A stretch of DNA of 64,000 nucleotides from Solirubrobacterales bacterium (GCA_033856255.1 JAWVFH010000010.1:8984-72983); one strand, 5' to 3'; positions 17,907-27,435 are shown, counted from the stretch's first letter. Program-made: numbers and translations. The notes: generated by a model from the letters alone, not told the origin.

Positions 17907-19397
17907 ATGTTGGGCGAGCACTGGGGAGAGGCGGTCGCCGAGGCGCAGGGGCTCGCGGTCTGGCTGCGCACGCCGGTGCCGGCGCGCCTCGAGACCGGCG
18001 CCGGCAGCGCCCTCTTCCTGCACGGCGCCGCCTTCCACCCGGGCCGCCGGGTCCGGCGGCTCGAGCTCGCGGTCGGCGACCGGTCCCTGCCGGCGAGCGC
18101 GTCGGCGATGCCCTCCCCGACCCTGGCCGCGGAGCTCGGCGATCCCGGCGCCGCGCGCTCGATCTTCTGGGGCGTGGTCCCGCTCGAGGCGGCGGGGGCG
18201 GGGACGGCGAGCGAGCTGGCGCTGATCGCGGAGCTCGAGGGGGGCGAGCTGGTCAGGGTGCCCCTCGGCACGGCGGAGCTCGCCGCCGGGCCGCAACCGA
18301 GCGGGCCCGGCGCCGGGAGCACGGTGGCGATCTGCATCGCCACCCATGAGCCCCCCGCCGACCTGCTCGAGCGCCAGCTGGACTCGCTGCGCGCCCAGAC
18401 CCACACCGATTGGATCTGCCTGATCAGCGACGACGCCTCCGGCGACGAGGCCTTCGCCCGGATCGAGCGGCTGACCGGCGACGACCCCCGTTTTCGACTC
18501 AGCCGCGCCGCGGAGCGGGCGGGCGCGTATGCGAACTTCGCCCGGGCGCTGGCGATGGTCCCGCCGGAAGCGGCGTACGTGGCGCTCTGCGACCAGGACG
18601 ACAGCTGGTATCCCGAGAAGCTCGAGACCCTGATCGCCAATCTCGGCGACGCCAGGCTGGTCTTCAGCGACATGCGGCTGACGCGGCCCGACGGATCGGT
18701 GGTCGCCGACACCTACTGGACGGCGCGACGGCCGAATCACGACAACTTCGCCTCCCTGCTGCTCGGCAACTCGGTCACCGGCGCCGCCTCGCTGTTCGGG
18801 CGCCGCCTGCTCGACGAGGCCCTGCCGCTGCCGCCACGGGCCGGCAACCTCTACCACGACCACTGGCTCGCCCTGGTCGCGGCGGCGAGCGGGCGGATCG
18901 CCTACGTCGACCGGCCGCTCTACGACTACGTCCAGCACCCCGGAGCCGCGATCGGGCACGCGGGCGCCAACCGCGGCGTCGTCGGCGGCGGCCCCCTGCG
19001 CCGTCTCGCCGCCCTGCGCGGCCGCCCGCGCGGGCGCCTGCGCGGGGAATGGCGGCGGATCTACTTCGCCGAGTACTGCCGCGCCGCGCTGACCGCGGTC
19101 GCGCTCGAGCGCCGGCTCGGCCCGGCGATCGCGACGGGCCCGCGGCGCGCGATCAGGCTGGTGCGCGCCGCCGACGGTTCCGCCCTGGCGCTCGCCTGGC
19201 TCGCCGCCCGCCAGCTGCGCCGGCCCTTCCACGACGACACCGGCGGCAGCGAGGCCGGGATGCTCCGGGGCCTCGCCTGGCGGCGGGCGCTGACGCGCCG
19301 GCGCGGCGGCGACCCGCTCGACGACGCCGACCTGCCGCCCGGGATCGTCGGCGTCGACCCGACCCCGGCGACATTGCCGGACGGGGCCCCTGGCTGA
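17907..19397 (+). CDS. family 2 glycosyltransferase with N-terminal extension
   Basis: ORF track, 496 aa. VAICIATHEPP, LISDDAS, LCDQDDSWYPEKL (rhamnosyltransferase-like GT-A motifs). Confidence 0.8.
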   Translation: MLGEHWGEAVAEAQGLAVWLRTPVPARLETGAGSALFLHGAAFHPGRRVRRLELAVGDRSLPASASAMPSPTLAAELGDPGAARSIFWGVVPLEAAGAGTASELALIAELEGGELVRVPLGTAELAAGPQPSGPGAGSTVAICIATHEPPADLLERQLDSLRAQTHTDWICLISDDASGDEAFARIERLTGDDPRFRLSRAAERAGAYANFARALAMVPPEAAYVALCDQDDSWYPEKLETLIANLGDARLVFSDMRLTRPDGSVVADTYWTARRPNHDNFASLLLGNSVTGAASLFGRRLLDEALPLPPRAGNLYHDHWLALVAAASGRIAYVDRPLYDYVQHPGAAIGHAGANRGVVGGGPLRRLAALRGRPRGRLRGEWRRIYFAEYCRAALTAVALERRLGPAIATGPRRAIRLVRAADGSALALAWLAARQLRRPFHDDTGGSEAGMLRGLAWRRALTRRRGGDPLDDADLPPGIVGVDPTPATLPDGAPG

Positions 19398-19456
19398 CGG
19401 GCCCGCACCGCGCGAGGGGACGGGCTGGGTAGCGGCGGCCTCTGGCGGAACAAGGG

Positions 19457-19502
19457 CCATTGGCGAGTTTCGGGTCGTATAGCGACGCAAAGTCGCCAAT
19501 GG
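19457..19502. repeat. copy A of a repeated intergenic dyad element
   Basis: CCATTGGCGA-26 nt-TCGCCAATGG. The inner 36 nt, GAGTTTCGGGTCGTATAGCGACGCAAAGTCGCCAAT, match 33673..33707 at about 31/36 positions. Confidence 0.7.
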
Positions 19503-19567
19503 CAGCGAAACGGGCCGCGCAACAGCCGATACCGCCTAACCCCTCCCCACCTGCCCGTTGTTGTTGC

Positions 19568-21697
19568 TCAGCTACTCAGCGTCCAGGCGACCGAGCGCTG
19601 GAACCCCGCCAGGCTGTGGGCGGGGGTGAGCTGGGAGTCGATGATCTCGCGCGCCCCGGCGACCAGCGTCGCGGCCAGCTCGCGGTCGGAGAGCAGCCGG
19701 ATCACCGCGGCCGCCAGCGCCGGTGGATCGTCGGGCTCGACGATCAGCGCCGACTCGCCCTCGACGAGCAGCTCCGGGATCGCCCCGACCCGAGTGACGA
19801 CCGCGGGCTTGCCCGCGATCGCCGCCTCGAACGGCACCCGGCCGAAGGGCTCGTTGAAGCGCGCCGGGTTGACGATCACGTCGCCGGCCGCGTAGACGTC
19901 GGCGATGTCCTCGTGGTGCCCGGCGAGGATGATCGACCGCTGCAGCTTCAGCTGGGCGATCAGGCCGACCAGGTACTGGCGGTAGGCGATGTCCTGGGGC
20001 CGTGGAAACGGGTCGCCGACGATCAGGTAGCGGGCGTCGGGGAATTGTTCGAGGATCTCCGGCATCGCCCTGATCAGCACGTCCTGGCCGCGGCCCTCCG
20101 TCAGGTATCCCACGGAGACCAGGCACGGCGCCTCGGCTGAGATCCCGTAGGCGCCGCGCACCGCGCCGCCCTCGCCCTCCCCGTAGCGCGCGTCGTGCGG
20201 CGGGTAGACGACCTCCACCGCCCCGGGTGGAAGGCGGTCGAACTGCCCCGCGACGACCTCCGAGCAGGCGATCAGCCCGCTCGCCAGGAGCCCGGTGAGG
20301 CGGGCCAGCTCGCGCCCCGCCAGCGCCCGGACCGGACCGGCGCCGTAGCCGCGGTCGAAGAGCTCGCCGCAGTAGACGAGCACCGGGACCCGCTCCAGGC
20401 GGGCGGCGAGCGAGACCGCCGGCAGCATCGACGTGACGGCGACGATCATGCTCGGCCGCCGCTCGCGGATCAGGCGGCGAAACTCGCCCACCTCGGCGAT
20501 CATCCGGCGAAGCTGGCTCAGCGATCCGCCGCGAGCCCGCGGCAGCGTCAGGGCCTCGTAGTCGCGCAGGAGCACGGTCGCCTGCTCGGGGAGTGCCTCG
20601 CCGACGCTGCCGTCGGCGGGCAGGACGACGTCCAGCGCTCCCTGCGAGGCAAGCCAGGCGAGCTCGCGCTCGAGCGAGCGCGAGGGGCCGCTGGTGTCCG
20701 CGAGGTGGAAGACGGCGAGCGTCCGCAGCTGTCGCGGAGCCGGCGAGCGGCGGCGCAGGCGCCGGCGGCGGCGGGCTCGCCGCCGCAGCTCGGCCACCAG
20801 GCCGCGGTCGGTTCCCTCGCGGGCGAGCAGGGCCTCGGGATAGGGCTCGCTGCCCCGGGCGGCCCGGTAGCCGCGCAAGCGCCCGCTGATCCCTGCGGCC
20901 GTGCGGTCGAAGGCCAGCTGGCCGGCGCAGAGGGCGACCTCCGCCAGGATCGTCGGCGCGACCCTTCGCGGTGTGAGCACGCCCCACTTACGCAACACGT
21001 AGCCGCGCCCAAAGCCCATCAGGTAGTTCTTACGCGCCGACCCCGACCGGAGCGTGGCCGAGTGCTCGTGCACGCCCTGGGCGTCGGCGGCGAGCGCGCA
21101 CCGGTAGCCCTCGCGGCGAAGGCGCAGGACGAGGTCGACGTCCTCCCAGTAGGCGAACAGCCGCTCGTCGAAGCCGCCGACGTCGACGAACGCCGCCCGC
21201 TCGAAGGCGGCGGCTGCCGCCGAGGGGCCGATCGGATCGCGGTCGACCCGCTCCAGCGCCGAGAGCGGCTCGCCGTTCAGGTAGTCGAAGACGAGCAGGG
21301 TGCTGTCGAGCTCCATCCCGGCGCTGTCGATCCGCGTCTGGTCCGCCCAGTCGCGCATCACTCCGGCGGCCATCGCGATCCCGGCGGCCGGGTCGAGGCG
21401 AGTACTGATCCGCTCGACGAACCCCTGGTCGCAGACGCAGTCGTCGTTGAGCAGGACGATCGCCTCGCCCTCGGCCCGCTCGACGCCCAGGTTGACGGCG
21501 GCCGAGTAACCGACGTTCGTCGCCGACCGCACCACCTCGGCCCCGTGCTCGGCGCAGACGGCGGCGACCTCGTCGCCGGGTGAGCCGTTGTCGATCACGA
21601 TCGTCTGATGGTCGCCGCCGTCGAGGGACGCCAGCAGAGCGCCGACCCGCTTCGCGTCCAGCGTCGGCACCACCACGCTCGCCGTCCGCCCGGCCAT
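19568..21697 (-). CDS. bifunctional glycosyltransferase, N-terminal GT2 fused to C-terminal GT4
   Basis: Protein-like 709 aa of ORF 19568..22276 from ATG 21697, which shares one base with the upstream stop. GT2 half: VVVPTLD, VIDNGSP, LLNDDC. Arg-rich linker RRRARRRRRLRRRS. GT4 half: FPRPQD..., EPFGRVPFEAAIAGKPAV. No stop codon between the halves. Confidence 0.8.
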   Translation of the reverse strand: MAGRTASVVVPTLDAKRVGALLASLDGGDHQTIVIDNGSPGDEVAAVCAEHGAEVVRSATNVGYSAAVNLGVERAEGEAIVLLNDDCVCDQGFVERISTRLDPAAGIAMAAGVMRDWADQTRIDSAGMELDSTLLVFDYLNGEPLSALERVDRDPIGPSAAAAAFERAAFVDVGGFDERLFAYWEDVDLVLRLRREGYRCALAADAQGVHEHSATLRSGSARKNYLMGFGRGYVLRKWGVLTPRRVAPTILAEVALCAGQLAFDRTAAGISGRLRGYRAARGSEPYPEALLAREGTDRGLVAELRRRARRRRRLRRRSPAPRQLRTLAVFHLADTSGPSRSLERELAWLASQGALDVVLPADGSVGEALPEQATVLLRDYEALTLPRARGGSLSQLRRMIAEVGEFRRLIRERRPSMIVAVTSMLPAVSLAARLERVPVLVYCGELFDRGYGAGPVRALAGRELARLTGLLASGLIACSEVVAGQFDRLPPGAVEVVYPPHDARYGEGEGGAVRGAYGISAEAPCLVSVGYLTEGRGQDVLIRAMPEILEQFPDARYLIVGDPFPRPQDIAYRQYLVGLIAQLKLQRSIILAGHHEDIADVYAAGDVIVNPARFNEPFGRVPFEAAIAGKPAVVTRVGAIPELLVEGESALIVEPDDPPALAAAVIRLLSDRELAATLVAGAREIIDSQLTPAHSLAGFQRSVAWTLSS

Positions 21698-22656
21698 CAC
21701 ACGGCCCTCGCCTGGACGACGATCGAGCCGCCGCGCCTGCAGATCCCGGCGCCCAGTTCCGCGATCACCGCGACCGGCGCCAGCAGCGGGCCGGCAAGCG
21801 CCGTCACGGTCCAGTCGCGCAGCGACGCCACCCCGCCGGCCTGACCGAGGTCGCGCTTCAGGGCGCGGAAGGCGAAGTCCCGCTCGCGGGTGAGGCGGTT
21901 GAGCAGGGTCTGCCACATGCCGAGTGGATTCTGCTCGACCAGCAGGTGACGCACCCGCTCGACCCGATAGCCGCTGCGCTCCAGCAGGGCGACGGCGCCG
22001 GCCGGGGTCAGATGGATCCGGTGACGAGGCACGTCCTGATGAAACCACCGGTCGCCGCCGAGGCGCGCCTGGAGCGAGGCGAGGTTGGGGACGGCGACCA
22101 CCAGCGCCCCCCCGGGCGCCTGCCAGCCGCGGATCCGCGCCAGCGCCTCGGCCGGCCTGTCGAGGTGCTCGAGCGCGTGCCAGACGACGACGGCGTCCTC
22201 GCTGCCCGCCGCGAACTCGGCGTCGTCGACACCGACGTTCGCCACTTCGACCCCGATCGCCTCGGCGGCGGCGCACGCCGCCGGCGAGGGGTCGATGCCG
22301 CGGGCGTCGAGCCCGGCAGCGCGCATCGCCGCGACCAGCTTGCCGTCGCCGGCACCCACCTCGAGCACGCGCGAGCCGGCCTCGAGGTGGGAGACGAACC
22401 GCAGCCGGTCGCGCTCGGCGATGCTTCGCAGCGGGGCGAGCAGGCCGCGGGCCAGCCCTCGCGCGGGCGTGTAGGTACCGCCCTCGTACATCGCCGCCCG
22501 GTCGGGCGCGTCGCCGACGGTGACCCCCGACCCGCAGACCGCGCAGCGGCGCAGCTCGAAGCGCCCGGCGCCGGCGAGCTGGGGATCCGACGCGGTCGCA
22601 GGGCGCCAGTCGGTCAGCGACTGCCGGCCGCAGGCCGGACAGGTCGCGGCGTCCAC
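21697..22656 (-). CDS. class I SAM-dependent methyltransferase with N-terminal CxxC...CxxC zinc ribbon
   Basis: ORF track, 319 aa. CPACG ... CAVCG, motif I VLEVGAGDGKL, and WHALEHL. Confidence 0.85.
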   Translation of the reverse strand: MDAATCPACGRQSLTDWRPATASDPQLAGAGRFELRRCAVCGSGVTVGDAPDRAAMYEGGTYTPARGLARGLLAPLRSIAERDRLRFVSHLEAGSRVLEVGAGDGKLVAAMRAAGLDARGIDPSPAACAAAEAIGVEVANVGVDDAEFAAGSEDAVVVWHALEHLDRPAEALARIRGWQAPGGALVVAVPNLASLQARLGGDRWFHQDVPRHRIHLTPAGAVALLERSGYRVERVRHLLVEQNPLGMWQTLLNRLTRERDFAFRALKRDLGQAGGVASLRDWTVTALAGPLLAPVAVIAELGAGICRRGGSIVVQARAV

Positions 22657-22666
22657 GACCGGGCGG

Positions 22667-24037
22667 TCAGTAGGCCCCGGACCCGCGCAGGGTCACGGGG
22701 ACGGTCTCGGCGATGATCCGCAGGTCGCGGGCGAGGGAGAGGTTCTCGATGTAATCGAGCTCGACCGCGAGGCGCTCGTGGAAGGTCAGGTCGCCGCGGC
22801 CGAACACCTGCATCGGGCCGGTGATCCCGGGCTTGACGCTGAGGCGGAAGCGATGCTCGGGCCGGTAGCGCTCGACCAGCTCGACCTGCTCCGGCCGCGG
22901 GCCGACGATGCTCATCTCGCCGCGCAGGACGTTGATCAGCTGCGGCAGCTCGTCGAGGCTGAGCCGGCGCAGGAAGCGCCCGAACCGAGTGACGCGCGGA
23001 TCGTCGGAGAGCTTGAACACCGGGTCGCGGAGGTCGTCGAGGCGAATCACGTCGGCGAGCCGTTCCTCGGCGTCGGCGACCATGGTCCGGAACTTGTGCA
23101 TCTGGAACGGCCGCCCGTCGAGCCCGGCCCGGGTCTGGTTGAAGAACACCGGGCCGCGGCTGTCGAGCTTGATCGCAAGCGCGATCAGGGGGAAGAACGG
23201 CGCCGTCAGCAGCAGCACGATGCTCGAGACGAGGAGGTCGAAGCCGCGCTTGATCAGCGCCGTGGATCGCGACGGATCCCAGGTCTCGTACTCGAGCACC
23301 GGCAGGTCCGCGACCCGCGAAAGGCGGACCGGGCCCGCGCGCCCGTGCAGCGGTGAGATGACGCTCAGCTTCACCTGCGCCTCGCGGCAGAGGGCGACCA
23401 GGCCTCCCACCTCGCCGGGCTCCATCCGGTCGGAGGCGAAGATCACCCGGTCGACGCCGCCCGCGAGGGCGTCGAAGGCCTCGATCTCGTGCTCGTCGAC
23501 GAGCTTCAGGTGCATGTCGGGGAAGAGCTCGAGCTTGCGGCGGATCATCTCGGCCAGGTCGCCGTCGCCCAGCACCGCCGTCACCTCGGGCGGCGTCAGC
23601 CTGCGCCAGGCCCAGCGCGCGGCCCCGCGCAGGAACAGCGCACCGACCGCGGCCACGAACCAGGCGCCGACGGCGGCGGTCGGGGTGACCTCCCCGGCGG
23701 GCGTCTGCGGCAGCACCAGCGCCAGCAGCGCTACCCCGGCGGCGGCCCAGGCGGCGAGCGCCGGCATCTCGTCGACGGTCAGGTGGCGGATCGCGACGTG
23801 GTCGCGGTCATACAAGCCGATCAGCTTCGCCACGACGACCCAGGCGGGGAGCAGGATCAGGGCCCAGAAGGCGTCCGCGGAGGACGAGGCGACGACCAGG
23901 CTGGCCCCCGCGGCGGCGATCAGATCGGCGAGCGCGAGCATGCGGCGGCGCAGCGCGTCACGCCAGAAACGTGGCCTACCGGCCTCGCCCTCGCTGTCCC
24001 GCTCGACCTGAAGGGGAGGGGATCCTTCCCTAGCCAT
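22667..24037 (-). CDS. polyprenyl-phosphate sugar-phosphotransferase (WbaP-like large bacterial sugar transferase, pathway initiator)
   Basis: Part of ORF 22667..24187 from ATG 24037. N-terminal helices and a central domain, then a C-terminal catalytic domain: KRGFDLL, FRTM, DELPQL, MSIVGPRP. Confidence 0.9.
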   Translation of the reverse strand: MAREGSPPLQVERDSEGEAGRPRFWRDALRRRMLALADLIAAAGASLVVASSSADAFWALILLPAWVVVAKLIGLYDRDHVAIRHLTVDEMPALAAWAAAGVALLALVLPQTPAGEVTPTAAVGAWFVAAVGALFLRGAARWAWRRLTPPEVTAVLGDGDLAEMIRRKLELFPDMHLKLVDEHEIEAFDALAGGVDRVIFASDRMEPGEVGGLVALCREAQVKLSVISPLHGRAGPVRLSRVADLPVLEYETWDPSRSTALIKRGFDLLVSSIVLLLTAPFFPLIALAIKLDSRGPVFFNQTRAGLDGRPFQMHKFRTMVADAEERLADVIRLDDLRDPVFKLSDDPRVTRFGRFLRRLSLDELPQLINVLRGEMSIVGPRPEQVELVERYRPEHRFRLSVKPGITGPMQVFGRGDLTFHERLAVELDYIENLSLARDLRIIAETVPVTLRGSGAY

Positions 24038-24139
24038 CGTGTCTAGGGTAACCCGGCAGGACCGCAAAAGCAGCGCTGACGCGGTTTCTGGGGACGCGCG
24101 CCCGCAGCGCTGCGCTCGTCCCTCTACCCTCACCGGCCG

Positions 24140-25063
24140 ATGAGCCCGGCCCCCGAGCCATCCGCGTTTTTGATCTGCGTCGAGCACGGCAGGCTCGAGA
24201 GCGAGGCGATCCTGCTGGTCGAGAGCCTGCGCGCCTGGGGTGGCTCATCGGCGGACTCACCGGTCTACGCGTTCGCCCCGCGGCCCGAGTTCCGGCCGGA
24301 GGCGGCGACGGTCGAGCGCCTCACCGAGCTCGGCTGCACGGTGATCGACGAGCCGCTGGTCGACCGGTTCGCCGACAACCCGACCTTCAACAAGGTTCCC
24401 GTCTGCGCCTGGGCGGAGCGCGAGCTCGACCACGAGACGCTGATCTTCTGCGACACCGACTGCGTGTTCCTCGGCGAGCCCTCCGAGCTCGCCGAGGGCG
24501 ACTGGGTGGCGGCGATGCGGCCCGTCGACCGGCGGATCGCCGGCTCGCGCGGCAAGGGAAGGGGCGAGCCCTTCTGGCAGAAGATGTACGCGGAGCTCGG
24601 GGTCACGGGCCGCCCCTTCGTCCGCACCACCGTCGGGCAGATGGAGATCCGCGCCTACTGGAACAGCGGCCTGATCGGGGCCCGTCGCAGCGCCGGCCTG
24701 TTCACGGCCTGGGAGCGGGCGCTGGGGAAGCTCTACGACGCCGGCCTGGTCGACAGCCGTTGGCCGCAGTTCATGGACCAGATCAGCTGGGCGATGGTGA
24801 CCGCCGACGTCCACGATCGCGTGCGGATTCTCTCCGACGCCTACAACTACCCCCTCCGCCACCGCCCGTCCCTGAAGGCCGCGGCGGTCGAGCTCGACCT
24901 CGCCGAGATCGTGCATCTGCACTACCGCCTCTGGTTCCACATGCCCGACGCGCTGGGCAGGGTCGAGCCGCCGTTCGACCCGCGGAGCGACCGCTATCTC
25001 TGGCTCGAGCAGCGCCTGCCGCTGGAGCCCGAGATCGACGACGAAACCGACGAAGAGGCCTGA
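24140..25063 (+). CDS. hypothetical protein, possible GT-A-fold nucleotide-sugar transferase (DTD motif)
   Basis: ORF track, 307 aa with normal composition. LIFCDTDCVFL resembles a DxD motif. Acidic C-terminal tail. Confidence 0.6.
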   Translation: MSPAPEPSAFLICVEHGRLESEAILLVESLRAWGGSSADSPVYAFAPRPEFRPEAATVERLTELGCTVIDEPLVDRFADNPTFNKVPVCAWAERELDHETLIFCDTDCVFLGEPSELAEGDWVAAMRPVDRRIAGSRGKGRGEPFWQKMYAELGVTGRPFVRTTVGQMEIRAYWNSGLIGARRSAGLFTAWERALGKLYDAGLVDSRWPQFMDQISWAMVTADVHDRVRILSDAYNYPLRHRPSLKAAAVELDLAEIVHLHYRLWFHMPDALGRVEPPFDPRSDRYLWLEQRLPLEPEIDDETDEEA

Positions 25064-25068
25064 GGCCG

Positions 25069-26997
25069 TCAGCTCGCCGCGGCGAGCTGCTGGATGATGT
25101 CCGGGTCGCGCGGGTTGAGCTCGTGCGCCGCCAGCAGCTCCGCGTGAGCCGCGGCCGGGTCGTCGTCCTCGGCCGCCATCCGCGCGGCGAGCAGGCGCAG
25201 GCGGTATTCGTCGGACGAGCGGTCGATCGCCTCGCCGATCGCCGCGCGGGCTCTCTCGTAGTCGCCCGCCTGCTCGTAGACGAGGGCGAGCTGGGTGCGC
25301 GGCTCGGCCGCCCACGGCTGCAGGTCGATCGCGTCGTTGGCGGCCTTCACGGCGTCGTCGATCCGGCCGTCCGCGGCGGCGCCGCGGCTCGAATCGAGCG
25401 AGTGCGCGGAGAGCAGCAGCAGGCCGGAGGCGCAGATCGAGACCCAGGCGACCAGCAGCAGGACCACCCCGCCGGCGAAGCGGCGGCGGCTGCGCGCCTG
25501 CCACCGCGCGGGCGGCGGCGCGCCGTCGGCTGCGCTCACCGTCGCCGGGCCGGTGAGCAGCGCCGCGGCGACGATCGTGATCCCGAACACGGCCGGCAGA
25601 TCCCAGGTCCAGTCGACCGCCGCGGCGGCGAAGCCGACGACGAGCAGCGCCAGCGCCGGACCCGCGTCGGCCACCGCATCGGCGGCGCGCAGCCGCCTCA
25701 CCGCGGCGACCGCGACCGAGCCGAAGAACGCGACCAGCAACGCGAAGCCGGCGATCCCGAGCTCGGCCAGGGTCTCGAAGAGGACCGAGTGGGCACGGGT
25801 GGCCGGGATCGGCACCTCCCGGTGCTCGAACCAGTAGGGCGTGTAGCCGCTCGTCCCCACGCCGCCGATCGGCGCGCTGGCGAAGGCATCGACCGCCGTC
25901 TCCCAGAACTGGTAGCGGCCGCTGCCGCCGCCGCGCAGCAGGCCCACCTGCCCGGTGGCGAGCTCGGCGTTGCTCGGCGCGGCCTTGAACTCGTCGAACT
26001 GCTGGACGGGGTCGGCGGCGACGATCGCGATCACGGCGGCCAGCCCGAGGACGCCGGCCGCGAGCCGACCGGTGCGGACGGAGATCCGGAACGCCTGCAG
26101 GGGCTCGTCGAGCAGCCGGCGAAGCGCCAGCGTGGCGCCAACCAGGACGACGGTGACGGCGAGCATCTGGTCGCCCTGACCGCCCGCCTGCGCGCCGACC
26201 GGGTTGTTGAGCAGCTCGTCGCGAGTCTCGGCGATTGCGATCAGGATCGCGGCGGCGAGCAGGCCGAGGGCGAGGTTCGCGACCAGGCGCGCCCGCCAGG
26301 GGCCGACCGCGACCAGGACCGCAATCGCGAGGCCGGCGGCGACGATCCCGCCGCGCGAGTCGGTCATCCAGAGGGCGAGGCACACGGCCGGCATCGCCGC
26401 GACCGCCGCCGAGCGGACCCAGCGCGACGGCGAGCTGGCCGCGAACCAGGCGAGCGAGACGATCGCCGCCGCCATCGCCGACGCGAGCCCGTTCCAGTAC
26501 CCGATCGGGTAGGTGAGGCGGCCGAGGACCGCGGGCAGCGTGCGGGCGAGATCGGCGTCGGGATGGCCGAACGGTGCGGGCTCGAAGCGGGCGAGCAGGG
26601 CGACCGCGGCGACGGCCGTCAGCCCGACCGCGAGGCCCGCGAGCCACGGCCGCGCCTCGCCGCGCCGGGAGGAGATCACCACGGCGACGAATGCCCCCAG
26701 GTAGGCGAGCGTCCTGACGACGTCCTCGAAGCCGTGGCCGTCGTCGGTCGCCCACGCGAGCGAGAGCGCCGTCAGCGCGGCCAGGCCGGCCAGCGCCAGG
26801 CCGGTGGCGACGGCGGCGCCCGGTGGCTCGGCCCGCGGCACGACGCCGGTCGCCAGCCCGAGCAGCACCAGGGCCCAGACGATCAGTCCGGCAGCGGCGA
26901 ACGCGGTCGCCTCGAACCCGCCCCCGGCCATCGCCAGGGCCACGCAGGCGCCCGCAACTGCGCCCATGATCAGGTGTTTCACCTCTACACGTTGCAT
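25069..26997 (-). CDS. O-antigen ligase/polymerase-like (Wzy_C) membrane protein with C-terminal TPR domain
   Basis: ORF 25069..27042, with ATG 26997 preferred. More than 10 helices, a large loop GGGSGRYQFWETAVDAF...HSVLFETLAELG typical of the O-antigen ligase family, and a TPR-like tail. Confidence 0.8.
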   Translation of the reverse strand: MQRVEVKHLIMGAVAGACVALAMAGGGFEATAFAAAGLIVWALVLLGLATGVVPRAEPPGAAVATGLALAGLAALTALSLAWATDDGHGFEDVVRTLAYLGAFVAVVISSRRGEARPWLAGLAVGLTAVAAVALLARFEPAPFGHPDADLARTLPAVLGRLTYPIGYWNGLASAMAAAIVSLAWFAASSPSRWVRSAAVAAMPAVCLALWMTDSRGGIVAAGLAIAVLVAVGPWRARLVANLALGLLAAAILIAIAETRDELLNNPVGAQAGGQGDQMLAVTVVLVGATLALRRLLDEPLQAFRISVRTGRLAAGVLGLAAVIAIVAADPVQQFDEFKAAPSNAELATGQVGLLRGGGSGRYQFWETAVDAFASAPIGGVGTSGYTPYWFEHREVPIPATRAHSVLFETLAELGIAGFALLVAFFGSVAVAAVRRLRAADAVADAGPALALLVVGFAAAAVDWTWDLPAVFGITIVAAALLTGPATVSAADGAPPPARWQARSRRRFAGGVVLLLVAWVSICASGLLLLSAHSLDSSRGAAADGRIDDAVKAANDAIDLQPWAAEPRTQLALVYEQAGDYERARAAIGEAIDRSSDEYRLRLLAARMAAEDDDPAAAHAELLAAHELNPRDPDIIQQLAAAS

Positions 26998-27066
26998 GCA
27001 TTCATTGTCGACCGCACTCTGTACCCTGCTGCGGGCCCCCACCTCTGAAAAGGACGTGACTTACGG

Positions 27067-27435
27067 ATGACGCAAGGCAGGAAGTCTAGGACCGTGCTCG
27101 CAATCGTCTGCGCGCTCGCCGCCCTCGCGGCGGCGACCGTGGTGCCCGCGTACGCCGGCGCCCAGGCCGCGGACAACGAGTACAACCTCACCCTGCCCGG
27201 CGCCAGCGGTGGCGGCCAGGGAGATGCCGGCGGCGGCCAGACCCCGAGCGCCGGCGCTCCGGGGGCCTCCGGCGCCGACAGCAGCGGTGGCGGCGCCCCG
27301 ATCGTGCTCATCGGTCTCGCCGCGCTGGCGGCGCTCTGCACCGGGGCCGCGGTCTGGCGCCTGCGCGACCGGTCCGGCGACCGCAGTTCGAAGGTTGGTC
27401 CCGGCGCACCCGAGGCCGCTTCCGAGACACAATAG
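27067..27435 (+). CDS. small secreted low-complexity Gly/Ser/Ala-rich protein with a C-terminal membrane anchor
   Basis: ORF track, 122 aa. Signal peptide (AYAGAQA), a G/S/A/P-rich stretch, hydrophobic helix IVLIGLAALAALCTGAAVW, then RLRDR. Confidence 0.6.
   Translation: MTQGRKSRTVLAIVCALAALAAATVVPAYAGAQAADNEYNLTLPGASGGGQGDAGGGQTPSAGAPGASGADSSGGGAPIVLIGLAALAALCTGAAVWRLRDRSGDRSSKVGPGAPEAASETQ

Noticed and set aside
20735-20795. The poly-Arg coding stretch (CGG/CGC-rich) was considered as a possible simple-sequence repeat or recombination scar separating two genes.
   Set aside because: The reading frame stays open and both flanking domains are intact. It is reported as a linker in a fusion protein rather than as a repeat element.
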